This document shows, in pieces, positions 20,440-30,619 of a stretch of DNA of 64,000 nucleotides. Source of the stretch: an uncultured Nitrospirota bacterium (lineage in GTDB: Bacteria > Nitrospinota > Nitrospinia > CAJXCL01); NCBI GenBank assembly GCA_913051775.1, contig CAJXCL010000003.1:3492-67491 (forward strand). Direction: 5' to 3'. A model generated the notes under the pieces. It saw nothing but the letters and a program-made list of their open reading frames with translations, did not search any database and was not told the origin of the DNA. Made by a program: the position numbers and the translations under genes. The stretch's first letter is position 1; the number at the start of each line of letters is the position of its first letter.

Positions 20440-21452
20440 AAAAAACACACCTTTATATCGGACTAATTATTGCTTTCCTTGCGTGTTACTACACTTTCAG
20501 GAATGTTTCAATAAAAGAGCTAAGTGATGCCTTATCTTCAATGCATTTTATTTACCTGTTACCGGCCCTGTTTTTTACTTTAGCATTTTATTATATAAGG
20601 GCAGTACGCTGGAAATATCTGCTTCTTTCTGTGAAAGAAGTGCATTACTATAGGCTTTTTTCACCGGTAATGATTGGTTTTATGGCAAACCTTCTTCCTG
20701 CCCGGGTTGGGGAATTAATAAGAGCTTACTTGCTAGGAAAAAGAGAAAAGATTTCTTTTTCCTCCTCTTTTGCCACTATTGTGGTAGAGCGAATATTTGA
20801 TATGTCTGCTATCCTCATCATGATAGGGAGTCTCCTTTTTTTACAGCCTGAATTGACGAGCAAAAAAAATGTTTTAGGAGATTCTGCTATGATTGAAAAA
20901 ATTGTCATGTTTGGATGGGTTGGCCTGATAATTGTTGTTTTGTTCTTTTTATTTACTATACTGTTAATTTATAAGCAAGAACTGGTCATTTCCTGGATAA
21001 AATTTATTTGCCGCCCGCTTTCTGAAAGCATACAAACCAAAATATTGGATTCCTTCAATTCAGCTACAGAAGCCCTTTATAGTTTAAAAAATTTTAAAAC
21101 AACTTTAACAGTAATTCTTTTGTCAGCAGTTTTATGGACTTTCAGTCTCTTATCATACTACCCATTTTATTTTGCCTTTGAAATTGATTACCTCCCTTTT
21201 TCATCTTTAATTATTGTTTTCATTATTATCTGCATTTTTATTACCATTTTCCCTACTCCAGGATTTGTAGGCTCATTTCAATTAGCCTGCATGGTAGGGC
21301 TGCATAATATTTTTAACGTGCCGGAGGCAACCGCCGCAAGTTTTGGAATTGTTACATGGGCTTTTTCAATGGGAATAACAGTTATAGGCGGATTATTTTT
21401 TATTATTAAAGATAATGTTTCCATAAAAGATATTACTAAGGCCCATACATAA
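20436..21452 (+). CDS. Lysylphosphatidylglycerol synthase-like TM protein (UPF0104 flippase family)
   Basis: IRAVRW, NLLPARVGELIR, VERIFD and PTPGFVG motifs; multi-pass. Confidence 0.88.
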   Translation: MKKTHLYIGLIIAFLACYYTFRNVSIKELSDALSSMHFIYLLPALFFTLAFYYIRAVRWKYLLLSVKEVHYYRLFSPVMIGFMANLLPARVGELIRAYLLGKREKISFSSSFATIVVERIFDMSAILIMIGSLLFLQPELTSKKNVLGDSAMIEKIVMFGWVGLIIVVLFFLFTILLIYKQELVISWIKFICRPLSESIQTKILDSFNSATEALYSLKNFKTTLTVILLSAVLWTFSLLSYYPFYFAFEIDYLPFSSLIIVFIIICIFITIFPTPGFVGSFQLACMVGLHNIFNVPEATAASFGIVTWAFSMGITVIGGLFFIIKDNVSIKDITKAHT

Positions 21453-21453
21453 A

Positions 21454-22593
21454 ATGGAAGTTTATTTCGATAACGCGGCGACTTCTTACCCCAAACCCCC
21501 CTCTGTTTACGAAGCGATTAATTTCACTCTGCAGCATGTTGGAGCAAACCCGGGAAGAGGTGAACACTCTTTATCCCAGTCTGCGAACAGAATTATCTTT
21601 AAAGCAAGAGAAACCATAGCCGAATTTTTCAATATCCCTAACAGTAGAAACATTGTTTTTACTTCCAATGGAACGGAAGCGATTAATCTGGCGCTAAAAG
21701 GATTTTTAAAACCTGGTGATCACGGTATTATTTCCAGCATGGAACATAATTCCGTTGTTAGACCATTAAATTCCTTAAAAAATGATGGTGTGAATGTAAC
21801 AATTGTCCAATGTGACAAAGAAGGGAAGTTAAACCCTGACTATGTTTTTAAAGAAATAAAAAAAAATACACGCTTAATTGTTCTAACTCATGCATCGAAT
21901 GTAACCGGTACTATTTTACCTGTTGAGGAAATTGGCGAAATAGCGGCAAAAAAAGGAATTCCCCTTCTGGTTGACGCAGCTCAAACCGCTGGAACAATAC
22001 CTATAGACGTTCTCAGAAACAACATTAGCTTGTTAGCATGTCCGGGGCACAAAAGTCTTCTGGGGCCCCAGGGAACCGGCTTTTTATATATTTGTGAAGG
22101 ATTTAATCTCAAACCATTAATTGAGGGAGGAACAGGGAGTAATTCGGAATTATCCGAACAGCCCGATTTTTTGCCGGACCGCTTCCAGAGCGGAACACTG
22201 AATACCCCTGGAATAGCAGGTCTCAAAGCAGGAATAGAATTCATCAACAAAAAATCTATTCAAACGATTAAAGAGCATGAAGACATGCTGTCAAAAACTT
22301 TTATAAATAAGCTAAAAGAGATTAACCGTGTTCGTATTTATGGCCCATTATCAATAAAAGAAAAAACTGCTGTTGTCTCATTTAATATCAAGGGGAAAGA
22401 TTCTGCCGATATCGCAACTGCTCTTGATGAAAAATATCAGATCATGGTTCGGGTGGGACTGCATTGCTCCCCTCATGCCCATAAAACTATCGGTACTTTT
22501 CCTGATGGAACAATCAGAGTAAGTTTTAGTATTTTTAATACAGTTCATGAAATAGACTATTTTATCGATTCCTTAAAGGTAATTTTAAATTAG
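21454..22593 (+). CDS. Class V PLP enzyme, cysteine desulfurase family
   Basis: YFDNAATSYPKP, SMEHNSV, HASNVTG, DAAQTAG, PGHKSLLGPQGTG, SGTLN and RVGLHCSP motifs. Confidence 0.93.
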   Translation: MEVYFDNAATSYPKPPSVYEAINFTLQHVGANPGRGEHSLSQSANRIIFKARETIAEFFNIPNSRNIVFTSNGTEAINLALKGFLKPGDHGIISSMEHNSVVRPLNSLKNDGVNVTIVQCDKEGKLNPDYVFKEIKKNTRLIVLTHASNVTGTILPVEEIGEIAAKKGIPLLVDAAQTAGTIPIDVLRNNISLLACPGHKSLLGPQGTGFLYICEGFNLKPLIEGGTGSNSELSEQPDFLPDRFQSGTLNTPGIAGLKAGIEFINKKSIQTIKEHEDMLSKTFINKLKEINRVRIYGPLSIKEKTAVVSFNIKGKDSADIATALDEKYQIMVRVGLHCSPHAHKTIGTFPDGTIRVSFSIFNTVHEIDYFIDSLKVILN

Positions 22594-22667
22594 TTAGTGG
22601 TTAGCAGTTGGTTGTGGATTATTGAACTTATCCGCTGGCCCCTGACCGCTGGCAGCTGACTGCTGAT

Positions 22668-22910
22668 ATGCAAAAAGCAATAGCCGTTTTTAACTCCAAC
22701 CATGATGCCCTGCTGGCTGAAAAATTATTAAAGCAAAGACATATTCGTATTCGGCCGATTATAAAACCAAGAAAAGTCAGTTCCAGTTGCACTCTTGCAT
22801 TAGAGTTTGGTGTGGAAAATTCACGAAAAGTTACTGAGATATGTGTTTCAAATAAACTATTATTAGCAGGAATATTTCAAAAAAGAGATGAAGAATGGGT
22901 CGAAATGTGA
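22668..22910 (+). CDS. DUF3343-like small protein
   Basis: F.S.HDALLAEKLLK...IIKPRKVSSSCTLALEF pattern and location after a cysteine desulfurase. Confidence 0.7.
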   Translation: MQKAIAVFNSNHDALLAEKLLKQRHIRIRPIIKPRKVSSSCTLALEFGVENSRKVTEICVSNKLLLAGIFQKRDEEWVEM

Positions 22911-22993
22911 ACGTGCTTAGCGAGCGAATTTAAAATATAATTAAACTCATTACACAGAAGATTCCCAGCGGTCTAGCCATGGGGAGCTTCAAT
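22908..22993 (+). repeat. Repeat family B, copy 3 (its first TGA is the stop codon of the DUF3343-like gene)
   Basis: TGAACGTGCTTAGCGAGCGAATT...GAAGATTCCCAGCGGTCTAGCCATGGGGAGCTTCAATT. Confidence 0.75.
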
Positions 22994-23090
22994 TTCAAAA
23001 TAGACATTCAAATTTGTAATTAAAACTTTAATGCTTCAATCTTGAAAATTGGAACATTAGGTTAAAAAACATGTCTATCCTGCCGAAATT

Positions 23091-23380
23091 CTATTGTCCC
23101 TTTATGGCTGTAAATTTTGTTTAACTCTATACCCAAAGCTTTCCCAGGGCTATACTCTGTCAGCCCTTCCGGTTTCTAATAAGTATTTAAAACTGGAAGT
23201 GCAGTTAAAAAATATCAATATATTCTTTGTGAACTTACTATTCTTCGTGGTTTAATGTTTAATAAGAGATTCTTCGGCGGAGCTAATCTCAGCTTTGTAG
23301 GCTTGGGATTACATTACAATGTAACGTGTCGTGCTGAGCCTGCCCTGTACCATAAGTTTCAGGGCTTGTCGAAGCATGAC
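23091..23380. repeat. Cluster of several different degenerate REP-like palindromes
   Basis: CCCAAAGCTTTCCCAGGGCTAT...CAGCCCTT (23131-23175), CTTTGTGAAC..CTTCGTGGTT (23223-23253), GAGATTCTTCGGC (23265) and GTCGTGCTGAGC...GCTTGTCGAAGCATGAC (23328-23380). Confidence 0.5.
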
Positions 23381-23417
23381 TATATAGTTTACACGTAATT
23401 TAAGTTACATAAAAACT

Positions 23418-26111
23418 TTGCTAAAAAATACAATGTTGTATATAGGTAATCCGAAAGATCGAAATAAATACGTTCTCGCCGTTAAAATGAACCTGCAGGA
23501 AAAGGTTAAGGCTATAAAAGACAACTTTTTTAAAAAGCCGACGGGGATTGAGACAGTTCAAGCATATACTCGGTTAATCGATGATATTATTGTGTCGATA
23601 TATAAAACTTTTAGTGATAATTATTACCGGCAACCAGCAGCCAGTAACAAACAACGGGACTCAGGTGATGTTGAGCCTTCTTTAAGCTTGGTCGCAATTG
23701 GGGGCTATGGGAGAGGCGAACTGAATATCGCTTCCGATATAGATATTTTATTTTTGTATGAAAAAAAAACAGACTCTTTTATCGATTATATGGCAAGTAA
23801 CGTGCTTTCTTTTTTATGGGATATAGGCTTAGATGTCGGTCACAGCAGCAGGTCTATAAGCGACTGTTTGACTATGGCAAGGCAGGATATTGAGTCGCTT
23901 ACCGCTTTAATGGAATCCCGCCCTATTGTCGGCAGCAGAAAAATATACTCTAACTTTTCTTCAGCCTTAAGTAAATGTCTCACTAAAAGAGGCGTGAATC
24001 GTTTTTTATTTCAAAATATTCATAATAGAAAAGCTTCAGACACTAAAAATATCCATTCGATTTTTACCTCAGAGCCTGGTATCAAAGAGAGCCCGGGTGG
24101 ACTCCGGGATATTCATTGCGCACTCTGGGCAACTCGAACTACTTTTTCCGCAGGATCCCTGGAAGAACTTATGTCTAAAAACATTATTGATGCCCGCGAA
24201 TATAATTCATTGAAAAATTCTTTGGATTTGATTTTTAAAGTTCGTAATGCCTTGCACATATGTACCGGTAAAAAAAATGATATGCTTGCTCATGAGATGC
24301 AAAATAAAGTAACCGAGATGTTAGGCTATAACTCAAGTGAAAAACGAGCAGGCGTCGAAAATCTTATGAGAGACTTTTATTCAGCGGCGTACAATACCCA
24401 TAATTTATCGAATACTTTAATTCATCGCTGCCTGGAATATCGAAAGAAAAATAAAACTATTTTTAATTTATTTCACCTGAAAGAACTTGGAAAAGGAATT
24501 GTACAATATAAAGATGAAATTTCTCTGAAAGAATTTAATGAGACTGTTTTTGTGGAGAACCCTTATCTTTTGTTTGATATTTTTCTATTCTCTCAGCGGT
24601 TTGATCTAAAACTCAGCGAGAACTTAAAAAGGATCATTAGAAAGAATTTGTCTGTGCTGAAAGATGTTGAATGGAACAGCCGGGAATTAAAAGAATTTTT
24701 TTTCACTCTTTTAAGAGCAAAACACTCCGCTAAAATATTCCGGGCAATGCAAGAGGTTGATGTGTTGGGATTATTTTTGCCGGAGTTTGAAAAATGCAAA
24801 TATCAAATCCATAATGATTTTTTTCATATGTACACTGTCGACGAGCATTGCTTCCAGGCCGTGGAAAAGTTGGAAAACTTATACTTTAGCGCCGAAAAGG
24901 AATTAGCTGAAATTGCATCAGTTTATAAATTCATCACAAATCCGGAAATCTTAAAGCTTTCTCTTCTTTTACATGATATTGGAAAAGCCGAAGGGCAGGA
25001 TCATATTCAAACGGGGCTTCTTTACATTGACAAGATTGCTAAGCGACTTGATTTAAAAAATGCAGATTGTGAAATATTAAGATTTTTAATGAAAAATCAT
25101 CTCTTGATGAACCATATAGCTCAACGTCGCGATTTGTCAGACAAAAATACTATTTCGGAATTTGCTGAAAATTTTAAAAATATTGATTTATTGAAAATGC
25201 TTTACATACATACCGTTACCGATATTATGGCTGTCTCCTCAGGGATGTGGACAGAATGGAAAGGGGCCTTACTATGGGAACTGTACCATAAAACATACGA
25301 ATATTTAATGGTGGATGATTCTGTGGGTCTGGTCGAACAAGAGGTTGCGGATAACTGCAAAAAGGAAGTTTTAGCTCAACTATGCGATGAAAATATCGAT
25401 AAAGAGCATGTAAATTACTTCCTAAATAATATGCCCATAAAATACTTTGCATCTCTTCACCCGGATAAAATAATAAAACATATTAAATTAGTAACTCAAT
25501 TGGATCAAAAACATGCAGCAATAGATTATTTCCAGAACGAAAAATTTGGTTTTTTGGAATTATCAGTTTGTGCCAGAGGAGAAGTTGGAACCTTAGCTAA
25601 AATCACAGGAATATTGAGTGCCAGATCTCTAAATATACTAAGTGCCCATGTCCATTCCGGGAAAGACGGTCTTGCTATTAACACATTAGATATTACTCAA
25701 TCAGAAAATACGCGTTTTGAGAAAACAGAGCTTATTGCAAAAATATCTAATGACTTGGAAGATGTTTTATCCCTTAAAAAAGATGTCTCTGATATCATAA
25801 AAAGTAAACGATTGGATATCAGGAGCAAGCTAAAAGGAGACAAGCTAATTCCAACTATTGTTTTGGTGGATAATGAAACTTCAGAGCATTATACTGTTAT
25901 TGAAATTATCTTTCAGGATAAAATTGGCTCGCTTTATCTATTAACCAAAACATTCTCTGATTTAAGAATCAATATAGTTAACGCGAAAATCTCAACACAG
26001 GGTAAGAGAGGGTTAGATGTCTTTTATGTTGCTAACTTAAATGGAGCTAAAATAGTAGATAAAAAAAAAATAGAGACCATCAAATCGTGTTTAAAGGAAA
26101 GCCTAGAATAA
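23418..26111 (+). CDS. glnD: [Protein-PII] uridylyltransferase
   Basis: AIGGYGRGEL..SDIDILFL, IKESPGGLRDIH, HMYTVDEH, LLHDIGK (HD domain) and two C-terminal ACT domains; start uncertain. Confidence 0.93.
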   Translation: MLKNTMLYIGNPKDRNKYVLAVKMNLQEKVKAIKDNFFKKPTGIETVQAYTRLIDDIIVSIYKTFSDNYYRQPAASNKQRDSGDVEPSLSLVAIGGYGRGELNIASDIDILFLYEKKTDSFIDYMASNVLSFLWDIGLDVGHSSRSISDCLTMARQDIESLTALMESRPIVGSRKIYSNFSSALSKCLTKRGVNRFLFQNIHNRKASDTKNIHSIFTSEPGIKESPGGLRDIHCALWATRTTFSAGSLEELMSKNIIDAREYNSLKNSLDLIFKVRNALHICTGKKNDMLAHEMQNKVTEMLGYNSSEKRAGVENLMRDFYSAAYNTHNLSNTLIHRCLEYRKKNKTIFNLFHLKELGKGIVQYKDEISLKEFNETVFVENPYLLFDIFLFSQRFDLKLSENLKRIIRKNLSVLKDVEWNSRELKEFFFTLLRAKHSAKIFRAMQEVDVLGLFLPEFEKCKYQIHNDFFHMYTVDEHCFQAVEKLENLYFSAEKELAEIASVYKFITNPEILKLSLLLHDIGKAEGQDHIQTGLLYIDKIAKRLDLKNADCEILRFLMKNHLLMNHIAQRRDLSDKNTISEFAENFKNIDLLKMLYIHTVTDIMAVSSGMWTEWKGALLWELYHKTYEYLMVDDSVGLVEQEVADNCKKEVLAQLCDENIDKEHVNYFLNNMPIKYFASLHPDKIIKHIKLVTQLDQKHAAIDYFQNEKFGFLELSVCARGEVGTLAKITGILSARSLNILSAHVHSGKDGLAINTLDITQSENTRFEKTELIAKISNDLEDVLSLKKDVSDIIKSKRLDIRSKLKGDKLIPTIVLVDNETSEHYTVIEIIFQDKIGSLYLLTKTFSDLRINIVNAKISTQGKRGLDVFYVANLNGAKIVDKKKIETIKSCLKESLE

Positions 26112-26180
26112 ATCTCTTTGATATCTTACCAAAAATATGGTAATCGTATTTAATAAAATATAAAAGGTCAATCCCTCCCA

Positions 26181-27152
26181 TTGAGCGAACTTTATACTCA
26201 AAAGTTAGTCTTTGAACATAATCACCTCTCGAGAAAACTTTTCGGAGTCAAAGATCAGCACTTAATTCTCATCGAAAAAAAATTCAAGGTACGGGTTACT
26301 ACTGGAAAAGATTGTATTTTGATCAAAGGGGAGGAAGAGGATGCATCGAAAGTATATCGGCTTCTACAAAATCTGCTTGATTTATTGACAAAAGATTTTA
26401 TTTTTAGAAACCGGGATTTTAAGTTTATTCTAAGCCTGTGGGAAGATAATGATAATCCGGATATAAAAAAGATATTTTCAGAGCGTATTGAAACCACTTC
26501 TGAAAAAGGATACATAACACCAAGGAGCATAGTCCAGTATGAATACGTCTATGCTATAGATAATTTTGATGTAGTCATTGGGATAGGTCCTGCCGGAACA
26601 GGGAAAACATATCTTGCTATGGCAAAAGCAGTTTCGGCATTGCAGAAAAAAAAATTAGGACGGATTGTCTTGGTGAGGCCTGCTGTTGAAGCGGGGGAAA
26701 AACTTGGTTATCTGCCCGGAGATATTTTAGAAAAAATTAATCCCTATTTAAGGCCCCTTTATGATGCGCTCTACGATATGGTAGGTATGGAACAGGCACG
26801 GCAGATGGTTGAAAACGGTATAGTAGAAATTGCTCCATTAGCCTTTATGAGAGGTAGAACGTTGAATGATTCCTTTATTATTCTGGACGAGGCACAGAAC
26901 TCCACTCCGGAACAAATGAAAATGTTTTTAACCAGATTGGGGTTTAACTCTAAAGTAGTTATTACAGGAGATATTACTCAAATCGATTTGCCCGGTCATC
27001 AGAAATCAGGTTTGGTCGAAACTCAACATATTCTTAAGGGAGTCAAAGATATTGAGTTTATTCATTTCAGCGAACGGGATGTTGTAAGAAATGATGTTGT
27101 AAAAAAGGTAATCAAAGCTTATGAAAAATATGAAGAAAAAAAATATTGCTAA
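26181..27152 (+). CDS. phoH: PhoH family protein
   Basis: GIGPAGTGKTYLA, RPAVEAGEKLGYLPGD, PLAFMRGRTL, ILDEAQN and GDITQIDL motifs. Confidence 0.95.
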   Translation: MSELYTQKLVFEHNHLSRKLFGVKDQHLILIEKKFKVRVTTGKDCILIKGEEEDASKVYRLLQNLLDLLTKDFIFRNRDFKFILSLWEDNDNPDIKKIFSERIETTSEKGYITPRSIVQYEYVYAIDNFDVVIGIGPAGTGKTYLAMAKAVSALQKKKLGRIVLVRPAVEAGEKLGYLPGDILEKINPYLRPLYDALYDMVGMEQARQMVENGIVEIAPLAFMRGRTLNDSFIILDEAQNSTPEQMKMFLTRLGFNSKVVITGDITQIDLPGHQKSGLVETQHILKGVKDIEFIHFSERDVVRNDVVKKVIKAYEKYEEKKYC

Positions 27153-29661
27153 AGTTCATTTTACAAAAAAAAACATCTCACAATCTCCTCTGAAAGAGGC
27201 GGTGCTCTTCAAAAAAAATATCCTTGCTATTTTATTTCAGGGACTTTCCACTCTCATATTTCTGGTAATTGTCACTTATATTTTGGCTCCTTCGTTTCCA
27301 GCACAAGTACGCAACGTGGTGATTGGCGATATTGCGTCTAAAGACATCAAAGCGAGTGAAAACTATCTGGTTGAAGATAAAATTTCAACAGAAAAAAACA
27401 GAAGAGAGGCCATCCAGAACTCTTTACGCGTTTATGATTACAATCCAAATATAATTGCTAAAATCAACAAAAAAATATCCTTTGCGTTTTCTATTATACA
27501 GAAGCTTTATAAGGAATCACATCCAGATATTTATGAGAAATTTAACGAAGTTAATAAATTTTTATCTGTTTCAGAGGAAGTACTCTCAATAGAGGAAAGA
27601 GAGTTTTTTCGAAAGCTTAAAGGTGAAGTTGATAAACAGTTTTTTTCGATTGAAAACAATAGTTTTTTTACGGACAAAGTAGCCGCGTTTAAAACCGCTC
27701 TTGAAGTTGATCTATCAAAAAAATCGTTAAAAACACTAAAATGGCATCACTACAACCCTGAAATCGTTAAACAAATTCAATATTTATTGAATTCTGTTAT
27801 GGATAGAAGAGTGGTGAGCAGCAAGAAGACTCTAAGTCTTAAAAACAAAAAGGGCATTTTAATCAGGGATATAAACTCTGGTAAAGAAAATATAGAAAAA
27901 AATATATTTAAAATTAAAGATACTAGGGAAGCGGAGGCTTCCCTAGTTCAGGAGATTAACCAGACAGTCAATAAAGATCATAAAGCGCTTCAGCGGGTGA
28001 TCCTTCAAATTTGTAAAGTTTTTATCCAACCTAACCTAACTTTTAACAGCAGTGAAACAGAACTTAGGAAGAAAATTGCGGCTGAAAAAGTTAAACCTGT
28101 ATTTTTTCAAATAAAAAAAGGGGAAATGATTGTCCGAGAAGGAGAAAAGATTTCACAGGAGCATTTAATCAAGTTAGGCGGCCTTTCAATAAAAAGGAAT
28201 TTACACAGCGCCGCGATATCTACCGTGGGTCTTTTTGTTTTTGTATCATTAGCAGGTTTTTTGTTTTGGTCTTACCTGAAAAGATTTAAATCAATTATCG
28301 CTGATAAAAAAAGCAATATTGTACTTATGTCCGTAATTCTTTTGTGCAACATGATTATCTGTAAATTATTTATCAGTATTTCTCCTGCATTATCAGATTA
28401 TACTGGTTTAATCGAAACGCAATCCTATTATTATGCCGTACCCTATGCGGCAGGGCCAATGTTGGTTGCCATATTATTTGGAGTAGATATTGGTATCATT
28501 TTTTCTATAATAACTTTTATTTTTACCGGGTTAATGCTGGGAGGGCAAACATATTATGCACTGTTTGCACTGACAGGAAGCTTATTCGTTGTTTTCAGGG
28601 AGAGCCAGTATGTAGGACGTTTATCTATTTTGGGAGCTGGATTTCTTATAAGCCTGGTTAATGTGATTACAATAATAACAATACACTTAATTAGCGCGTC
28701 TTCTTTTTCTATTCAATTTGTCTCAGATGTTAGCATGGGATTTATTGGTGGAATTATCGCAGCTACAGTTGTATCTTCTTTATTGCCACTACTGGAGTAT
28801 TTTTTTGGTGTTACTTCAGACATAAAATTATTGGAACTCTCCAACCTCAACAACAACCTGCTTCGAGAAATGCTTATCCGCGCCCCCGGGACTTACCAGC
28901 ACAGTATGGTTGTAGGCAGTCTGGCGGAAGAAGCCGCAAAATCCGTGAATGCCAACTATCTCCTGGCCCGCGTTGGTTCTTATTACCATGATATAGGTAA
29001 AACCATAAAATCAGAATATTTTATCGAAAACCTTATGGGAGGTGTTAATAAACATGATAACTTAAACCCGAACATGAGTAGTTTAATTATCATATCCCAT
29101 GTTAAGGATGGCATTGATTTGGCAAAAAAATATAAGCTGCAGCCCGGATTGGCGGATTTTATTTTAGAACATCACGGAACAGAACTTATTCGATATTTTT
29201 ATACCAAGGCAAAAGGAAATGAAGCCCAGGAACTCCACTCAGTCAAAGAAGACCATTTCAGGTATCCAGGCCCCAAACCCCAATCCAAGGAGACGGCTAT
29301 AGTTATGTTAGCCGATTCTGTAGAAGCCGCCTCAAGGGCGTTAAGTGATCCTACTCCATCGCGTATAAAGAGACTGGTGAAAAAAATTATTGATGAGAAA
29401 TCTATTGACAGACAATTGGACGAGTGCAACTTGACTTTTAAAGACCTTCATAAAATAGAAGAATGTTTTGTCCGAATCTTAAATGGAATGTTTCATTCGA
29501 GAATTGAGTATCCAGATAAAATTCCTTCTATTGATCTTAAAGATAAAAGGGGTGTCATTATTGAAAATACTAATATCCAATCAGCAGAAGAAAGTGAAGT
29601 TAAACTTTTCGAAAATAAAAAAAGAAATATACAGAACATTAGAAAACTTGAATTGCCATAA
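27121..29661 (+). CDS. 7TM-HDIG (PgpH-like) membrane HD-domain phosphohydrolase
   Basis: Extracytoplasmic domain, 7 TM helices, APGTYQHS, YYHDIGK, HHGT, YPGPKPQSKE and MLADSVEAA motifs; in phoH-HDIG-ybeY synteny. Confidence 0.92.
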   Translation: MKNMKKKNIAKVHFTKKNISQSPLKEAVLFKKNILAILFQGLSTLIFLVIVTYILAPSFPAQVRNVVIGDIASKDIKASENYLVEDKISTEKNRREAIQNSLRVYDYNPNIIAKINKKISFAFSIIQKLYKESHPDIYEKFNEVNKFLSVSEEVLSIEEREFFRKLKGEVDKQFFSIENNSFFTDKVAAFKTALEVDLSKKSLKTLKWHHYNPEIVKQIQYLLNSVMDRRVVSSKKTLSLKNKKGILIRDINSGKENIEKNIFKIKDTREAEASLVQEINQTVNKDHKALQRVILQICKVFIQPNLTFNSSETELRKKIAAEKVKPVFFQIKKGEMIVREGEKISQEHLIKLGGLSIKRNLHSAAISTVGLFVFVSLAGFLFWSYLKRFKSIIADKKSNIVLMSVILLCNMIICKLFISISPALSDYTGLIETQSYYYAVPYAAGPMLVAILFGVDIGIIFSIITFIFTGLMLGGQTYYALFALTGSLFVVFRESQYVGRLSILGAGFLISLVNVITIITIHLISASSFSIQFVSDVSMGFIGGIIAATVVSSLLPLLEYFFGVTSDIKLLELSNLNNNLLREMLIRAPGTYQHSMVVGSLAEEAAKSVNANYLLARVGSYYHDIGKTIKSEYFIENLMGGVNKHDNLNPNMSSLIIISHVKDGIDLAKKYKLQPGLADFILEHHGTELIRYFYTKAKGNEAQELHSVKEDHFRYPGPKPQSKETAIVMLADSVEAASRALSDPTPSRIKRLVKKIIDEKSIDRQLDECNLTFKDLHKIEECFVRILNGMFHSRIEYPDKIPSIDLKDKRGVIIENTNIQSAEESEVKLFENKKRNIQNIRKLELP

Positions 29662-29998
29662 CTCTGAACTCAGTATTCTCTTTACTTCTGATGACCATAT
29701 CAAAGAACTGAATAAAACATATCGAAAAAAAAACAGACCAACCGATGTTTTGGCTTTCTCTCAAAAAGAGGGAAACTCGATAGAGATTAATACAAGAATT
29801 TTAGGAGACGTTGTCATCTCTATAGATACAGCAAAGAGACAGGCGGATGAACTTAGACACTCTGTAGAAAAAGAAATATATATACTCTTAATTCATGGGA
29901 TATTGCATCTTTTAGGTTTCGACCATGCAAAATCAAAACAAGATCTCTTGAAAATGCAATTCAAAGAAAAAGAACTTTTAGCTCTTATCAGCTGCTAG
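29561..29998 (+). CDS. ybeY: rRNA maturation RNase YbeY
   Basis: LNKTYRKKNRPTDVLAF, LGDVVIS and IHGILHLLGFDH motifs; start set at TTG 29561 after an AGGGG SD. Confidence 0.92.
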   Translation: MKILISNQQKKVKLNFSKIKKEIYRTLENLNCHNSELSILFTSDDHIKELNKTYRKKNRPTDVLAFSQKEGNSIEINTRILGDVVISIDTAKRQADELRHSVEKEIYILLIHGILHLLGFDHAKSKQDLLKMQFKEKELLALISC

Positions 29999-30071
29999 GT
30001 TTCAGGTGTCAGGGATTAGATAACATAGGATGTACACCCATCACCAATGACCAATAATCATTGACGAATAT

Positions 30072-30560
30072 ATGAAAACTATATGGGCTCCATGGAGAAT
30101 AGAATATATCCTCAGTGAAAAGCCGGATTATTGTATCTTTTGCAATGCCCTTGAACAAAAAAATGATGCAAAAACATTTACTCTGTACCACGGAAAACAT
30201 TCGTTTGTTATCATGAATACCTTTCCATATAACAATGGACATCTTATGATTGCACCTTACCAACACCAGTCATGCCCGACAAAGTTAGATCAAGAAATTG
30301 CGTTAGAAATCCACCGCATGACGCAGGAAAGCATCCGTATTTTGCGATCTGTCTTAAACGCGGAAGGGTTTAACATAGGTATGAATTTGGGTAAAGTGGC
30401 GGGAGCCGGCGTGGAAGACCATGTACACACGCACATAGTCCCGCGCTGGAATGGGGATACCAATTTTATGCCTGTAATAGGCGACACCAAAGTCTTTCCT
30501 GAATATCTCAAGGCCACATACGACAAACTTCTTCCCGAGTTTGAAGCAATTACAGACTGA
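30072..30560 (+). CDS. HIT family hydrolase
   Basis: IWAPWR, CIFC, NTFPYNNGHLM, GFNIGMNLG and HVHTHIVPRW motifs. Confidence 0.93.
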   Translation: MKTIWAPWRIEYILSEKPDYCIFCNALEQKNDAKTFTLYHGKHSFVIMNTFPYNNGHLMIAPYQHQSCPTKLDQEIALEIHRMTQESIRILRSVLNAEGFNIGMNLGKVAGAGVEDHVHTHIVPRWNGDTNFMPVIGDTKVFPEYLKATYDKLLPEFEAITD

Positions 30561-30619
30561 GGGTTTTAACATATTTTTTATCTGGAATTACATTATAATA
30601 AAAAGGGTGGTTTGAAAAA

